From IMG/VR virus record IMGVR_UViG_3300049893_002526: DNA of 64,000 nucleotides; one strand, given 5' to 3'. Below the pieces are notes generated by a model that saw only the letters and a list, made by a program, of their open reading frames with translations, did no database searches and had not been told where the DNA came from. Origin of the DNA: an uncultured virus (IMG/VR IMGVR_UViG_3300049893_002526). Its lineage: Duplodnaviria > Heunggongvirae > Uroviricota > Caudoviricetes. Shown piece by piece: positions 47,037 through 56,360 of this stretch. Each line of letters begins with the position of its first letter. Position 1 is the first letter of the stretch. The translations under genes were made by a program, and so were the position numbers.

Positions 47037-48917
47037 ATGGTCGCTCGCAATTTTAAGGCGGTCCCTGGTATTGATACCGACTCTATTATTTACCTTGCTC
47101 CTGGAACTGGCGCCGTTAATCGCCAACTGGAGGACAAACTTCAAGATACTATTAGCGTAAAAGACTTTGGCGCCGTGGGCGACGGCGTGACCGACGATAC
47201 TGCCAGCATACAAACTGCTATTGATAGCTTATCGGCCGGAGATTGTTTATATTTTCCTGATGGTACCTATCTGACTACAGGTATTTATCTTTCGGGAACT
47301 TCACAGAATAAAACTCGGTTGAGTTTTGTGTCGGACTCGGCTGTTATTCAGCTTGCGGATGGTGTTACCGATAAGAACGTTGCCGAGTTGGTTTCGGGTG
47401 AGCGATATCTTATTCGCGGGCTGACTTTTAAAGGTAACAAGGGAACTGTATCACCTCCAGGAACGGATCTCAGCTACCGCTATTACAACGGTCTGTATGT
47501 CGGGGCAGTTGCTGGAAAGACGCTAAACAGTGTCCGCGTTGAAAACTGTCAGTTCGTAAGCAATGCTTATGTCGGCTTGATGGCTGGCAGCGGACCGGTT
47601 CAACCGGCGAACATCCTGCCCGGCGTGGACGGACTCACCGTAACCGGATGTACGTTTATCGGCAACGAAGTCGGAGTGGCCGGCGGGGTACAGCGGAATG
47701 TTGCTTACACAGGCAACGTTCTGCTTAGCAACGATATTTACGGCATTTTAATTGATATCGACAGCTACTCTGTTTCCGTAACCGGCAACACCGTTAATCA
47801 ATTAGATCTCGGAGGAACCAACGCCTGTCTGTTTGCTTATAACGCTGATTACGTTAGTTTTGTAGGTAATACCTGCACTAACGGTAAGCTCGGTATTCTT
47901 CTGCAAGCCGGTGCTAACTTCTGCACTGTTGTAGGTAATACTTGTGTTAGTCAGAGTATTTCCGGTATTCGCTTAGATAGTGCGTCCTATAACACAGTTG
48001 AGAGCAATACCATACGGGAGTGCGGACAATATGGAATTAGCGTAGCTAACTCTAGTGTATTCTCTAATATAAATAACAACGTTATTGATCTTGCTGACTT
48101 CGACGGCATTTTCTTAGACGCAGTATCTAACCTGACAATTAGCGGTAACAAGTGTACCGCTAACAACGGCTCTGGTATTTATGCACTGTCTTGCCTGTGG
48201 CTGCAGATTGTAAATAACACATGTGTAAATAACAATCGTTCTAACGGAAGTGCTGATAGCAGCGGCATCCGTCTAAATTCGACAGGTTCAACTCACGTTA
48301 TTTCTAATACTTGTTTTGACTTGCAGACGCCTAAGACTCAAAATTATGGTGTTCTTGAGCAAGGAACCTCAAACAATAACTACTACTCAGCTAATAACAT
48401 AGGAGGCAATAAGACGGCGGATAAAATTTTGGTCGGCACCGGTAACATCTTTAACGGATTCCCCGGTTCGCAACCTGTTAATCTTGCTCTTGCCGGATCT
48501 AATCTCACTCCTAGTTACTCTTTCATAGGAGACAGCCAAACTGGTCTTTATAGTGCTGCCTCGGGTGTGCTTGCCGCTTCTGCCGGCGGTTCTGTTTCTA
48601 CTGTGTTTCAGGCCGCATCTAGCGCTGTAAATTACCCTGTTTTACGGTCTGACAGCGGCGCCGATGTTTCGGTATTCTCAGAAGGTTCGTCCGCTAGTAT
48701 TAATCTTCGCCTAAATAGCAAAGGAAACGGCTCTGTCGTCTTGGGTAATAGTTTTGGCGGTGTGAGTTTAATTGCCGCTTCTGGTGTTCTCGGTTTCCAC
48801 GGAGCATCGGCAATTCTTAAGCCGACGATTACTGGGGCTAAGGGCGGCAACGTAGCGCTGACTAACCTGCTAACCGCTCTTGCGAATTACGGGTTAATTA
48901 CCGACTCCACTACGTAG
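47037..48917 (+). CDS. tailspike / receptor-binding protein 2 with a right-handed beta-helix
   Basis: ISVKDFGAVGDGVTDDTASIQ.AID; many GN/NN-GI PbH1 repeats; start ATG 47037. Confidence 0.88.
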   Translation: MVARNFKAVPGIDTDSIIYLAPGTGAVNRQLEDKLQDTISVKDFGAVGDGVTDDTASIQTAIDSLSAGDCLYFPDGTYLTTGIYLSGTSQNKTRLSFVSDSAVIQLADGVTDKNVAELVSGERYLIRGLTFKGNKGTVSPPGTDLSYRYYNGLYVGAVAGKTLNSVRVENCQFVSNAYVGLMAGSGPVQPANILPGVDGLTVTGCTFIGNEVGVAGGVQRNVAYTGNVLLSNDIYGILIDIDSYSVSVTGNTVNQLDLGGTNACLFAYNADYVSFVGNTCTNGKLGILLQAGANFCTVVGNTCVSQSISGIRLDSASYNTVESNTIRECGQYGISVANSSVFSNINNNVIDLADFDGIFLDAVSNLTISGNKCTANNGSGIYALSCLWLQIVNNTCVNNNRSNGSADSSGIRLNSTGSTHVISNTCFDLQTPKTQNYGVLEQGTSNNNYYSANNIGGNKTADKILVGTGNIFNGFPGSQPVNLALAGSNLTPSYSFIGDSQTGLYSAASGVLAASAGGSVSTVFQAASSAVNYPVLRSDSGADVSVFSEGSSASINLRLNSKGNGSVVLGNSFGGVSLIAASGVLGFHGASAILKPTITGAKGGNVALTNLLTALANYGLITDSTT

Positions 48918-48964
48918 TTTTTTCTAGCTGCTAAAGTTTATATAGATAGAATTACCCGTCAGAA

Positions 48965-49363
48965 ATGGCCGAAGCCACGTTTAATCGCGAACTCGGTGCA
49001 GCACCCGCCGGTATTACCCGCTTCGGTCAATTCCGCACCGATGACGGTTCGAACGTCACCGTGGATAGCTACCGCACTTTTGCGGCTGACGGCGGTCTGG
49101 GTCTGGCCGACGTGTATGAGCTGACCTACGGTGCTACCGGCGTAGCCACGGTTTATTTAGACCCTGAAGCTTTCGGTGTGTCCGGAATTGCGGTCTATAA
49201 AGCCGATGGGACTTTAGCCGGCGAAATCGACGCACCTAAAACGACCCGGAGGTCCGGCGCCGGCGTGGCATACAGCGTCAGTTCCAGCGATACTGCCACC
49301 GTGTATGTGTATCGCAAGGGTCGCAGCGAAACTGAATATCGCTTGCAAGCCTACGTGGTCTGA
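48965..49363 (+). CDS. putative virion protein
   Basis: Beta-rich ORF with high-expression codons. Confidence 0.65.
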   Translation: MAEATFNRELGAAPAGITRFGQFRTDDGSNVTVDSYRTFAADGGLGLADVYELTYGATGVATVYLDPEAFGVSGIAVYKADGTLAGEIDAPKTTRRSGAGVAYSVSSSDTATVYVYRKGRSETEYRLQAYVV

Positions 49364-49369
49364 TAGAGC

Positions 49370-50602
49370 ATGAAGCTCTCACAAACCGGTCTGGACCTGA
49401 TCAAGGAGTTTGAAGGTCTGCGCCTTAAGGCGTACTCGGACATTGGCGGCGTACCGACTATTGGGTACGGTACGACTGGGCCGGATATCAAACTCGGCAT
49501 GACAATCACCAAGGCCGAGGCTGAGGCGCTCTTGCGTGCCGACGTGGCCGCATTTGAACTGGGCGTCTCAAACTTAGTCAAGGTTGCGATCAACCAGAAC
49601 GAGTTCGACGCTTTAGTTTCGTTTAGCTACAACGTTGGGTTAAACGCCCTTAAGACAAGCACGCTTCTTCGTCTTCTGAATGCCAATGCAGATCGCTTAG
49701 TTGTCGCATCTGAGTTTCTTCGTTGGAACAAAGTCGGCACTCAAGTTGTCGAAGGGTTAACAAGGCGCCGAAAAGCTGAGCAGGCTTTATTCTTGCTGAA
49801 GCCTAAGCACCCTCAGTTGGCCAGCTCGATCTACGCCAAGGAAGATACCTGGCTTAAACGTCGTCCGATTCAAAGTTCGGAGCTGGCAGCTGAGGACAAA
49901 CTGTTCGTTCCCAAGGGCAGCGCGTGGGAGTGGACCGAAATTCGGCAATACCCTGGCGAACGTCATCAACGAGTGTTCCTACAAGCCAGACCGGACGCTG
50001 AGTGGTGGTTTTGGCCCGAGCACTTTAAGATCATAAACGACGTTGAGGTGCAGGAGAATCCTCCTAAACTTGACGGCGAGATTAAGCTCGTAGTTCCGTA
50101 CTTCAGCCAGCGCGATAATAAAAAAGATCCTCTTCGTACGTGTTTTAGTAGTAGCTGCGCGATGCTCTTGGCAGCTTTGGATCCGGACGCTATAGATAGC
50201 GACGATGAATATATAAACGAAGTTTATAAGTATGGTGATACTACAGAAGCTTCTGCTCAGCTCCAAGCTTTAAAGCATTACGGTATCGATGCTAGGTTTG
50301 TCCAAAACTGGGATTGGGCCAAAGTCGAATCTCAACTAAGGCTTGGTATTCCTGTCCCTATCGGTGTGCTTCATAAAGGTTCGGTGTCCAGCCCCACCGG
50401 CGGCGGGCATTGGCTCGTCGTGGTCGGTATAACAGCGGACGGCACAAAGCTATGGGTACACGATCCTTTCGGCGAAATGGACCTTGTTAATGGTGGCTAT
50501 CCCAGCACCGACGGTAAGTACAGGCTGTATTCGAAAAAGAATCTGAGTCCCCGCTGGATGGTCGAGGGAAACGGTTCTGGATGGGCTATTGTCGCGAAAT
50601 AG
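49370..50602 (+). CDS. endolysin: GH24 lysozyme + C39-like peptidase
   Basis: IKEFEG..L.AY.D..G.PTIGYG.T, GL.RRR.AE; VPYFSQRDN...CFSSSCAM...GHW...VHDP. Confidence 0.92.
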   Translation: MKLSQTGLDLIKEFEGLRLKAYSDIGGVPTIGYGTTGPDIKLGMTITKAEAEALLRADVAAFELGVSNLVKVAINQNEFDALVSFSYNVGLNALKTSTLLRLLNANADRLVVASEFLRWNKVGTQVVEGLTRRRKAEQALFLLKPKHPQLASSIYAKEDTWLKRRPIQSSELAAEDKLFVPKGSAWEWTEIRQYPGERHQRVFLQARPDAEWWFWPEHFKIINDVEVQENPPKLDGEIKLVVPYFSQRDNKKDPLRTCFSSSCAMLLAALDPDAIDSDDEYINEVYKYGDTTEASAQLQALKHYGIDARFVQNWDWAKVESQLRLGIPVPIGVLHKGSVSSPTGGGHWLVVVGITADGTKLWVHDPFGEMDLVNGGYPSTDGKYRLYSKKNLSPRWMVEGNGSGWAIVAK

Positions 50603-50666
50603 CGGCGACTTTTTCGTGAACTCTTCTGATTGGTTGAACATCGCCGACTGCGCTAATCAACGCGTG

Positions 50667-50888
50667 ATGTCGCAGACTTTTTCTTTTGATGAGGAAGAAA
50701 ATAACATCTTGGGCGATCTGGAGACTCGCGAAATGGCTAAGGCTCAGGCGTACCGTGAGAATCTCTTAACGGGGGCGTACACGGAAGTGACCTTGGAGCT
50801 GGCCCGCGCTCTTGACCGCAAAGATTTGTTGGCTGAGCTCGAATCACAGACCGTTACAGGCATCGAAATACGCGTACTGACCGCGTAA
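50667..50888 (+). CDS. hypothetical protein
   Basis: ORF; start uncertain (50616 or 50667). Confidence 0.55.
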   Translation: MSQTFSFDEEENNILGDLETREMAKAQAYRENLLTGAYTEVTLELARALDRKDLLAELESQTVTGIEIRVLTA

Positions 50889-50913
50889 ACTGAAAGGCCG
50901 AGTTTTAACCAGC

Positions 50914-51147
50914 GTGGCCAAGTCCGACAAGTACGAAGATCTGCTTGCTAACTGGGACGCGAATGCTGAACAGGATCGAGCCGACTTCCTTGAGTGGCTG
51001 TATGAGTTCTATAAGTGTACAGATGGCCTGTACACCGGGCTGTATCAGCGGTTTATCGAGGATTTGGCTGATGGGTTGCTGCTCGATTTGTATAACAATT
51101 ACCCTGAGTTGTTTTCTACCCTCAAGAAGCGGTTAAAGTGGTCTTAG
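50914..51147 (+). CDS. hypothetical protein
   Basis: GTG start after a TAAACT box. Confidence 0.65.
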   Translation: MAKSDKYEDLLANWDANAEQDRADFLEWLYEFYKCTDGLYTGLYQRFIEDLADGLLLDLYNNYPELFSTLKKRLKWS

Positions 51148-51160
51148 CTTAGTATGCCCC

Positions 51161-51385
51161 GTGAGCCGCGATTACGATAAAGAATATCGTGAATATCATG
51201 GTACTGAGGAACAAAAAAAGCGGCGAGCGGCGCGTAATAAGGCTCGACGTCATCTTGAAAAAACTGGTCGGGTCCACAACGGAGACGGTAAAGACGTCGA
51301 TCACAAAGACAGAAACCCGCACAATAATTCTTCCGCTAACATAAGAGTACGATCCAGAAGCGCTAACCGAGGAGATAACAAGTAA
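51161..51385 (+). CDS. small basic HNH-like protein
   Basis: RDY.KEY...RAARN.ARR...GDGKDVDHKD.NP.NN...N.RV.....NR. Confidence 0.75.
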   Translation: MSRDYDKEYREYHGTEEQKKRRAARNKARRHLEKTGRVHNGDGKDVDHKDRNPHNNSSANIRVRSRSANRGDNK

Positions 51386-51876
51386 TGCCGATCGTTCCCG
51401 GCTCTGACTCAGGCAAAGCTCCTGAAGCTGCTCCTCGGTTAGCGATGCCGACTTTCGGCATGTTAAATCAACCGCCCATGCCGGGAGTTCGCCGTGTGGC
51501 GCAACTCGATGACATGAATCGTGTGTCGTCTCAGTTCGCGCATGACCGCGGGATTTACAGTCGCCCTCCCGTAGGTCCCGTCGAATACGGCGAAGGAAAC
51601 ATCAAAAAATCTACGGCCCTTGTGGGGCCTGCGGGTTATAACCAGCGCAATATCCCTCTGCCTGAATCTCCGGATGATATGAGTCAGGCGGAGTACATGA
51701 TGTCGCTGAATGAGAATAACCCTAAAAACCGAATGATGATGCAGCAACTTACTTCTGTACCTAAGCAAACTATGCTTAATACACCTTCTTTTTCGGACGA
51801 ATATCCGTATCAGAGCAGCAACACGATGAACAATTTGCTGGCATTAGCTAAGCTCAAGAAGGATTCGCGGAAATGA
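51385..51876 (+). CDS. hypothetical protein
   Basis: Coupled ORF. Confidence 0.65.
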   Translation: MPIVPGSDSGKAPEAAPRLAMPTFGMLNQPPMPGVRRVAQLDDMNRVSSQFAHDRGIYSRPPVGPVEYGEGNIKKSTALVGPAGYNQRNIPLPESPDDMSQAEYMMSLNENNPKNRMMMQQLTSVPKQTMLNTPSFSDEYPYQSSNTMNNLLALAKLKKDSRK

Positions 51877-52004
51877 AGGACAACGATTTTCCGATCCGCA
51901 TGGCGGGACAGCGGTTTGGCTTAGATGCCGCACGCATGTCCGCCGTGACGCCTTCTGAGGTTACTTCGCGACTCCGTTACCAACAGACCTTCCCCAGAAC
52001 ATGA
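51873..52004 (+). CDS. small protein (43 aa, contains IRMAG)
   Basis: Hand-translated; ATGA overlaps at both ends. Confidence 0.6.
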   Translation: MKDNDFPIRMAGQRFGLDAARMSAVTPSEVTSRLRYQQTFPRT

Positions 52005-52180
52005 ATCGTTTTGCAGGCTCTCTGATCAACATCAATCCTTCCGCTATTCCGCAGTACGGCGACCGTTGGGCGGGGCAGGTGATTAAGGAGAACCCCGGCA
52101 TTGTGGAGCGCGTGGCATCCGCAATCGGTATAGTACCTACGACCCAACAGCCTGCCGGTGAACCGCTTGCACAACGCTAA
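52001..52180 (+). CDS. small protein (59 aa, contains RFAG and RWAG)
   Basis: Hand-translated; ATGA coupling. Confidence 0.55.
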   Translation: MNRFAGSLININPSAIPQYGDRWAGQVIKENPGIVERVASAIGIVPTTQQPAGEPLAQR

Positions 52181-52865
52181 GCTCGACTGGATTACTGACA
52201 GCCCTGAGAAGGTTGTTGCTAGACACGCCCGAGCCAGCACCAAGAATCCTGATAAAGAAGAGTTCCAGAAGCTCCTGACTTTTTGTATTAATCAGGGGCA
52301 CTGGAGTGTTTTCGAACAGGTTTGTGCTTCGTTTGAGATTATAACAAGTCGCGCAATCTCAGCGCAAATTATTCGTCACAGGGCTTTTCATTATCAAGAG
52401 CTATCTCAGCGTTATTGTAATCCTGATAAAATTCTGGATGACGCCTGGGAGGGTTGTTGGGATTTTGAGCTGAGAGCTCAAGATTTTAAAGATCGGCAAA
52501 ATAGCCTTGAGTTTTCCGACGAGACCGTCAAGGAAGTTTTAAAAGAGCGCATCAAGGAAGTCTTTTTAGATATTGAGGATCTGTACCATACGCTCCTTGA
52601 GTCCGGCGTGGCTCGGGAATGCGCCAGAAATATCCTTCCTATGTGTACTCCGACGCGCTTACACATGCAGGGCACATTAAGGGACTGGATATTTTACGTT
52701 GGACTCCGGGGTGCCAACGGAACTCAGAAAGAGCATAAGTTTATCGCTCACGATATTGGTCGTATTCTGTCGGCGTACGTCCCTACAACCGTAAAAGCAG
52801 TCTTGGCGTCCGACAATCCTGCTGTCGCAGGTTGGCGCGTTATTGAAAACCTAGAAATCTCCTAA
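52158..52865 (+). CDS. thyX: FAD-dependent thymidylate synthase
   Basis: GHWSVFE, RHR-x7-S (RHRAFHYQELSQRY), E.AR.ILP, LR.....Q.E. Confidence 0.95.
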   Translation: MNRLHNAKLDWITDSPEKVVARHARASTKNPDKEEFQKLLTFCINQGHWSVFEQVCASFEIITSRAISAQIIRHRAFHYQELSQRYCNPDKILDDAWEGCWDFELRAQDFKDRQNSLEFSDETVKEVLKERIKEVFLDIEDLYHTLLESGVARECARNILPMCTPTRLHMQGTLRDWIFYVGLRGANGTQKEHKFIAHDIGRILSAYVPTTVKAVLASDNPAVAGWRVIENLEIS

Positions 52866-52984
52866 TTAACTTAAAATTAGGAGAAAATTAGGAGTTCTTT
52901 TGACTTTTAGTTAGTCCGTAGAAAATGTCCTTAGTGCCCGGGCTTATTCGTATGATCTAAAATATAACGAGACTAGAAGAATCG

Positions 52985-55669
52985 ATGACAGCCCGCATTC
53001 CCCTTGTAATCATTAGCGGAAGTGTTACCGAATTACCTGCGGGCGATAGTTTACCTCCTTCTGTTGCTATATCTCCTGGACTTCCCCGACAACTTTTACA
53101 GACGAACGCGGCAGGTACTCAAGTTGAGTGGACAAGCGATATCGCTCTAAGCGGGTCTTTGTCTGTAGGTATTATTTCGTCCGGGGTTTGGCAAGGAACC
53201 CCTATTGCAGATACATATTTAGATACAATCAGCACTGCGGGCAAGGTTTCTAATAGCGCTACTACAGCAACTAACGCTAATACCGCCAACGCCATCGTGG
53301 CGCGTGATGCTAGCGGTAACTTCAGTGCAGGTACGATTACCGCTTCGCTTAATGGTAATGCCAATACCGCTACGTCCGCTACATCCGCTACGACAGCCAC
53401 GACAGCTGGTGCTCTGAGTTCGGCACGGACATTCGCTTTGACTGGCGATGTCACTGGTTCTGTCAGTAGTGACCTCACTTCTGGTGCCAGCATCGCGACT
53501 TCGATTGCTGCTGGTTCGATCGTGGATGCTGACGTAAACGCGTCTGCTGCTATTGCAGACACCAAACTCGCCACGATCAGTACTGCAGGCAAGGTTTCTA
53601 ACAGCGCTACCACAGCAACTAACGCTAATACCGCCAACGCCATCGTGGCGCGTGATGCTAGCGGTAACTTTAGTGCAGGAACTATTACTGCAACTCTTAA
53701 CGGTAATGCTAGTACTGCGACTTCCGCTACTTCCGCTACTTCCGCTACTTCCGCTACTTCGGCCACAACTGCTACGACAGCGCTGAATGTAGCTGCTACG
53801 GCAGACCAAGCTATTGTCAACCAAAACAACGGTAATTCTGCGGCTTGGTACGGTCGAATCCTCAGTAAAAACAGCACCTCCGATAAGGCCTCTTTCCTTG
53901 GCACCTATGGCTCTATTGCAGGTGTGTTTGCGCATAACAATGCACTAACCGCTTGGGCAGATCTTTACGTCAATACGGTAGACGGGACGACCGGCGGTAC
54001 TGTCCGGATGACAACGTCGCTTTTGTTAGGTGGTAACCAAGCTTTACACGCGGGAAATTACAACTCTTATGCCCCCACTTTGACCGGTACCGGAGCTTCT
54101 GGATCTTGGGGTATAAGCGTTACTGGGAGCTCTGCTAGCTGTACAGGCAACTCAGCTACAGCTACTACTGCTGTTAATCTTTCTACTATTAGAACAAATT
54201 GGTCATCTAACGGAACAATAACCGCTGTCGTAGGTCAGCTGGGGTGGAAAAATTACGGAAATAACCACACCATATTTGACGCATCTGCTTCTACGTCTCC
54301 TGACGCTACTTCTGTTAATAACACTGATGCTCAAGTTGCTTGGACGTCCACTTATCCGACCCTTATGGGTTGGAACGGGGCAAGCACATACGGTGTTCGT
54401 GTAGATTCTTCTAGAACTTCGGACAGATTGAGTAGTGCTAGAACTTTTGCTTTAACGGGAGACGTTACTGGTTCCGTAAGTAGCGATCTAATTTCTGGAG
54501 CAAGTATTTCAACTGCAATTGCTGCTAACTCAATTGTTAACGCCGATGTCAACGTTAGCGCTGCAATCGCAGGCACAAAAATTGATCCTAATTTTGGTTC
54601 CCAGACGGTAGGAACTACCGGCAACATAGGTGCCGGCACCGTGGGACCAGGAACTCGTTTTGATGCCTATGTATCAGGTTCAGGGAGTTCTATTATTCGC
54701 ACACGAAATGACTCTGTTTCTGTCTACTTAGACGCTAATAATGGATATAGTTATTTAAACACTTTAACGAATCATCCATTTTATATAGGAACAAATAACA
54801 GTATTCGTCTTAATGTAGCGGCTAACGGTCAAATATCTAACACCGTTAATACTTCCGGTTTAGTTTCTGCTTTTGGCGTATTAAATACAGATACGTCTAA
54901 TTCTCTCTCTTCTTCTCTAGGCGGCATCAGTATCTGTAACGATAACAGTGGTGCTTTTGGTAGGACGAGTGTCTTAACCTTCTGCCAAGGCGCCTTTACG
55001 AACGTACTTGCTTCCATAGCAGCCGTTTACACTAACTACTCTTCCTCTGTTGGCGGAGCTTTAGTTTTTTCTACTAACAACGGATCTTCCTCCGTTGCTG
55101 AAAAAGCCAGATTAACCTCGGATGGAAAGTTTTTAGTAGGGGCAATTGCGTCGCCCGCTTACCAACTTCAGGTTTCTACTGATTCTGCCGGTAAACCTGG
55201 GACTAATACCTGGACTATCGTTTCCGACGAGCGCATTAAAGATGATATCGAGCTGGCCGACTTGGATCTTTGTTACGAAGCGGTCAAAAATATTCCTCTT
55301 AAGAGGTTCAAATGGAAGGACGAAGTTTATACAGAAGAACAGGTTCCCGATAGGCATAAGCTCGGTTGGATCGCTCAAGACGTCGAGCGTGTCTTTCCTA
55401 AAGCGATTCGTTCCCACGAGTTCAAGTACGGACAAGTGTTCGAGGAGGTGATCCTCCCCGCCGTGGAAGAGGAGTTGGACGAGGAAGGTAATGTCGTTAC
55501 CCCCTACCAACCCGAGCAAATTATTAACGGGGAACTGTTAGACGAAAAAGTTATACCAGATTGCTTAGATTTAAATGCGGATCAAATCTATGCTGTCCTT
55601 TACGGTACTGTTCAAAAGTTGATACAAAAAATAGAAATTCTGGAAAACAAAGTGTTATATTCCGTGTAA
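52985..55669 (+). CDS. long tail fibre with a C-terminal intramolecular chaperone (peptidase S74)
   Basis: A/T/S-rich shaft repeats; SDERIK.DI...GWIAQDVE.VFP...LYGTVQKL. Confidence 0.9.
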   Translation: MTARIPLVIISGSVTELPAGDSLPPSVAISPGLPRQLLQTNAAGTQVEWTSDIALSGSLSVGIISSGVWQGTPIADTYLDTISTAGKVSNSATTATNANTANAIVARDASGNFSAGTITASLNGNANTATSATSATTATTAGALSSARTFALTGDVTGSVSSDLTSGASIATSIAAGSIVDADVNASAAIADTKLATISTAGKVSNSATTATNANTANAIVARDASGNFSAGTITATLNGNASTATSATSATSATSATSATTATTALNVAATADQAIVNQNNGNSAAWYGRILSKNSTSDKASFLGTYGSIAGVFAHNNALTAWADLYVNTVDGTTGGTVRMTTSLLLGGNQALHAGNYNSYAPTLTGTGASGSWGISVTGSSASCTGNSATATTAVNLSTIRTNWSSNGTITAVVGQLGWKNYGNNHTIFDASASTSPDATSVNNTDAQVAWTSTYPTLMGWNGASTYGVRVDSSRTSDRLSSARTFALTGDVTGSVSSDLISGASISTAIAANSIVNADVNVSAAIAGTKIDPNFGSQTVGTTGNIGAGTVGPGTRFDAYVSGSGSSIIRTRNDSVSVYLDANNGYSYLNTLTNHPFYIGTNNSIRLNVAANGQISNTVNTSGLVSAFGVLNTDTSNSLSSSLGGISICNDNSGAFGRTSVLTFCQGAFTNVLASIAAVYTNYSSSVGGALVFSTNNGSSSVAEKARLTSDGKFLVGAIASPAYQLQVSTDSAGKPGTNTWTIVSDERIKDDIELADLDLCYEAVKNIPLKRFKWKDEVYTEEQVPDRHKLGWIAQDVERVFPKAIRSHEFKYGQVFEEVILPAVEEELDEEGNVVTPYQPEQIINGELLDEKVIPDCLDLNADQIYAVLYGTVQKLIQKIEILENKVLYSV
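53225..53688 (+). repeat. ~116-bp near-identical direct repeat (53225-53340, 53573-53688) inside the tail fibre
   Basis: Both copies encode TISTAGKVSNSATTATNANTANAIVARDASGNFSAGTIT. Confidence 0.9.
53720..53760 (+). repeat. 9-bp tandem repeat (ACTTCCGCT)x4
   Basis: Read directly; encodes (TSA)n. Confidence 0.95.
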
Positions 55670-55685
55670 GTATAAGACGTTACTA

Positions 55686-55726
55686 GAAAGCCCCAGTAAT
55701 CCTTCATGGGGACGACCGGGGCTTTC
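55686..55726. terminator. hairpin between convergent genes (probable bidirectional terminator)
   Basis: GAAAGCCCC...GGGGCTTTC. Confidence 0.6.
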
Positions 55727-55742
55727 TTCGCGCGTTCTTTAA

Positions 55743-56360
55743 CTATAACATATTTTTCCAAGGATCGTCCATATTGTCGGGGGTTTGGTTATTTTTTTTG
55801 AATAGCTCATTGGCTACTTCTGTCGCCCGTGGAATAAAGTTTCGTGCTTGCGTGGCGGCTGTGAGCGTCTGGATTTGACTGCTCATGATCTGAATTTGTT
55901 GCTTTAAAACAGCGTTTTCTCTGATAACCTCATCTGCTTGATTATCTGCCCACGCTTTGGCGTTAAGGGTCAGTTGGGTCAAGATCTGTTCAGGGTGATC
56001 AAACGAGTAAACAACTCCCATAGGAGTATCCACACGTTGCCCTGCGTTTTGAGTCGTCATCAAGCTTTCTAAGAGCTTTTCTGCTTGCGGCAGTTCAAGC
56101 TCAGCGTGAAACGCCAACTGCTGCGGCGAGACCAGACCCTTGAAATTTTCGTAGCAATAACTAAGCGCTTTAGATACTTTTGTCGCTTGCTCTGCTTTTT
56201 CTTTTTCTCTATTTTTCTTGTTTGTGATCAAGCTCGCTGTAACGAGGGATCCTCCTGCTGCGGCACCGAGAACAGGAAACGTCTCGGGCCGCATTACAAC
56301 AGAGCTGAGTGCGAGACCGAATCCAGCGCACGTAGCGATCAGAGTTTTATTAATCGGCAT
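55743..56360 (-). CDS. membrane protein with two N-terminal TM segments and a coiled coil
   Basis: Start ATG 56360 overlapping the primase-helicase stop. Confidence 0.65.
   Translation of the reverse strand: MPINKTLIATCAGFGLALSSVVMRPETFPVLGAAAGGSLVTASLITNKKNREKEKAEQATKVSKALSYCYENFKGLVSPQQLAFHAELELPQAEKLLESLMTTQNAGQRVDTPMGVVYSFDHPEQILTQLTLNAKAWADNQADEVIRENAVLKQQIQIMSSQIQTLTAATQARNFIPRATEVANELFKKNNQTPDNMDDPWKNML

Noticed and set aside
53225..53688. Diversity-generating retroelement TR/VR pair
   Set aside because: Differences are synonymous third-position changes, not adenine-specific; both copies are mid-gene; no reverse transcriptase in the window
53119..53935. Long antisense ORFs (261 and 238 aa)
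   Set aside because: Shadows of the A/T/S-repeat tail fibre codons
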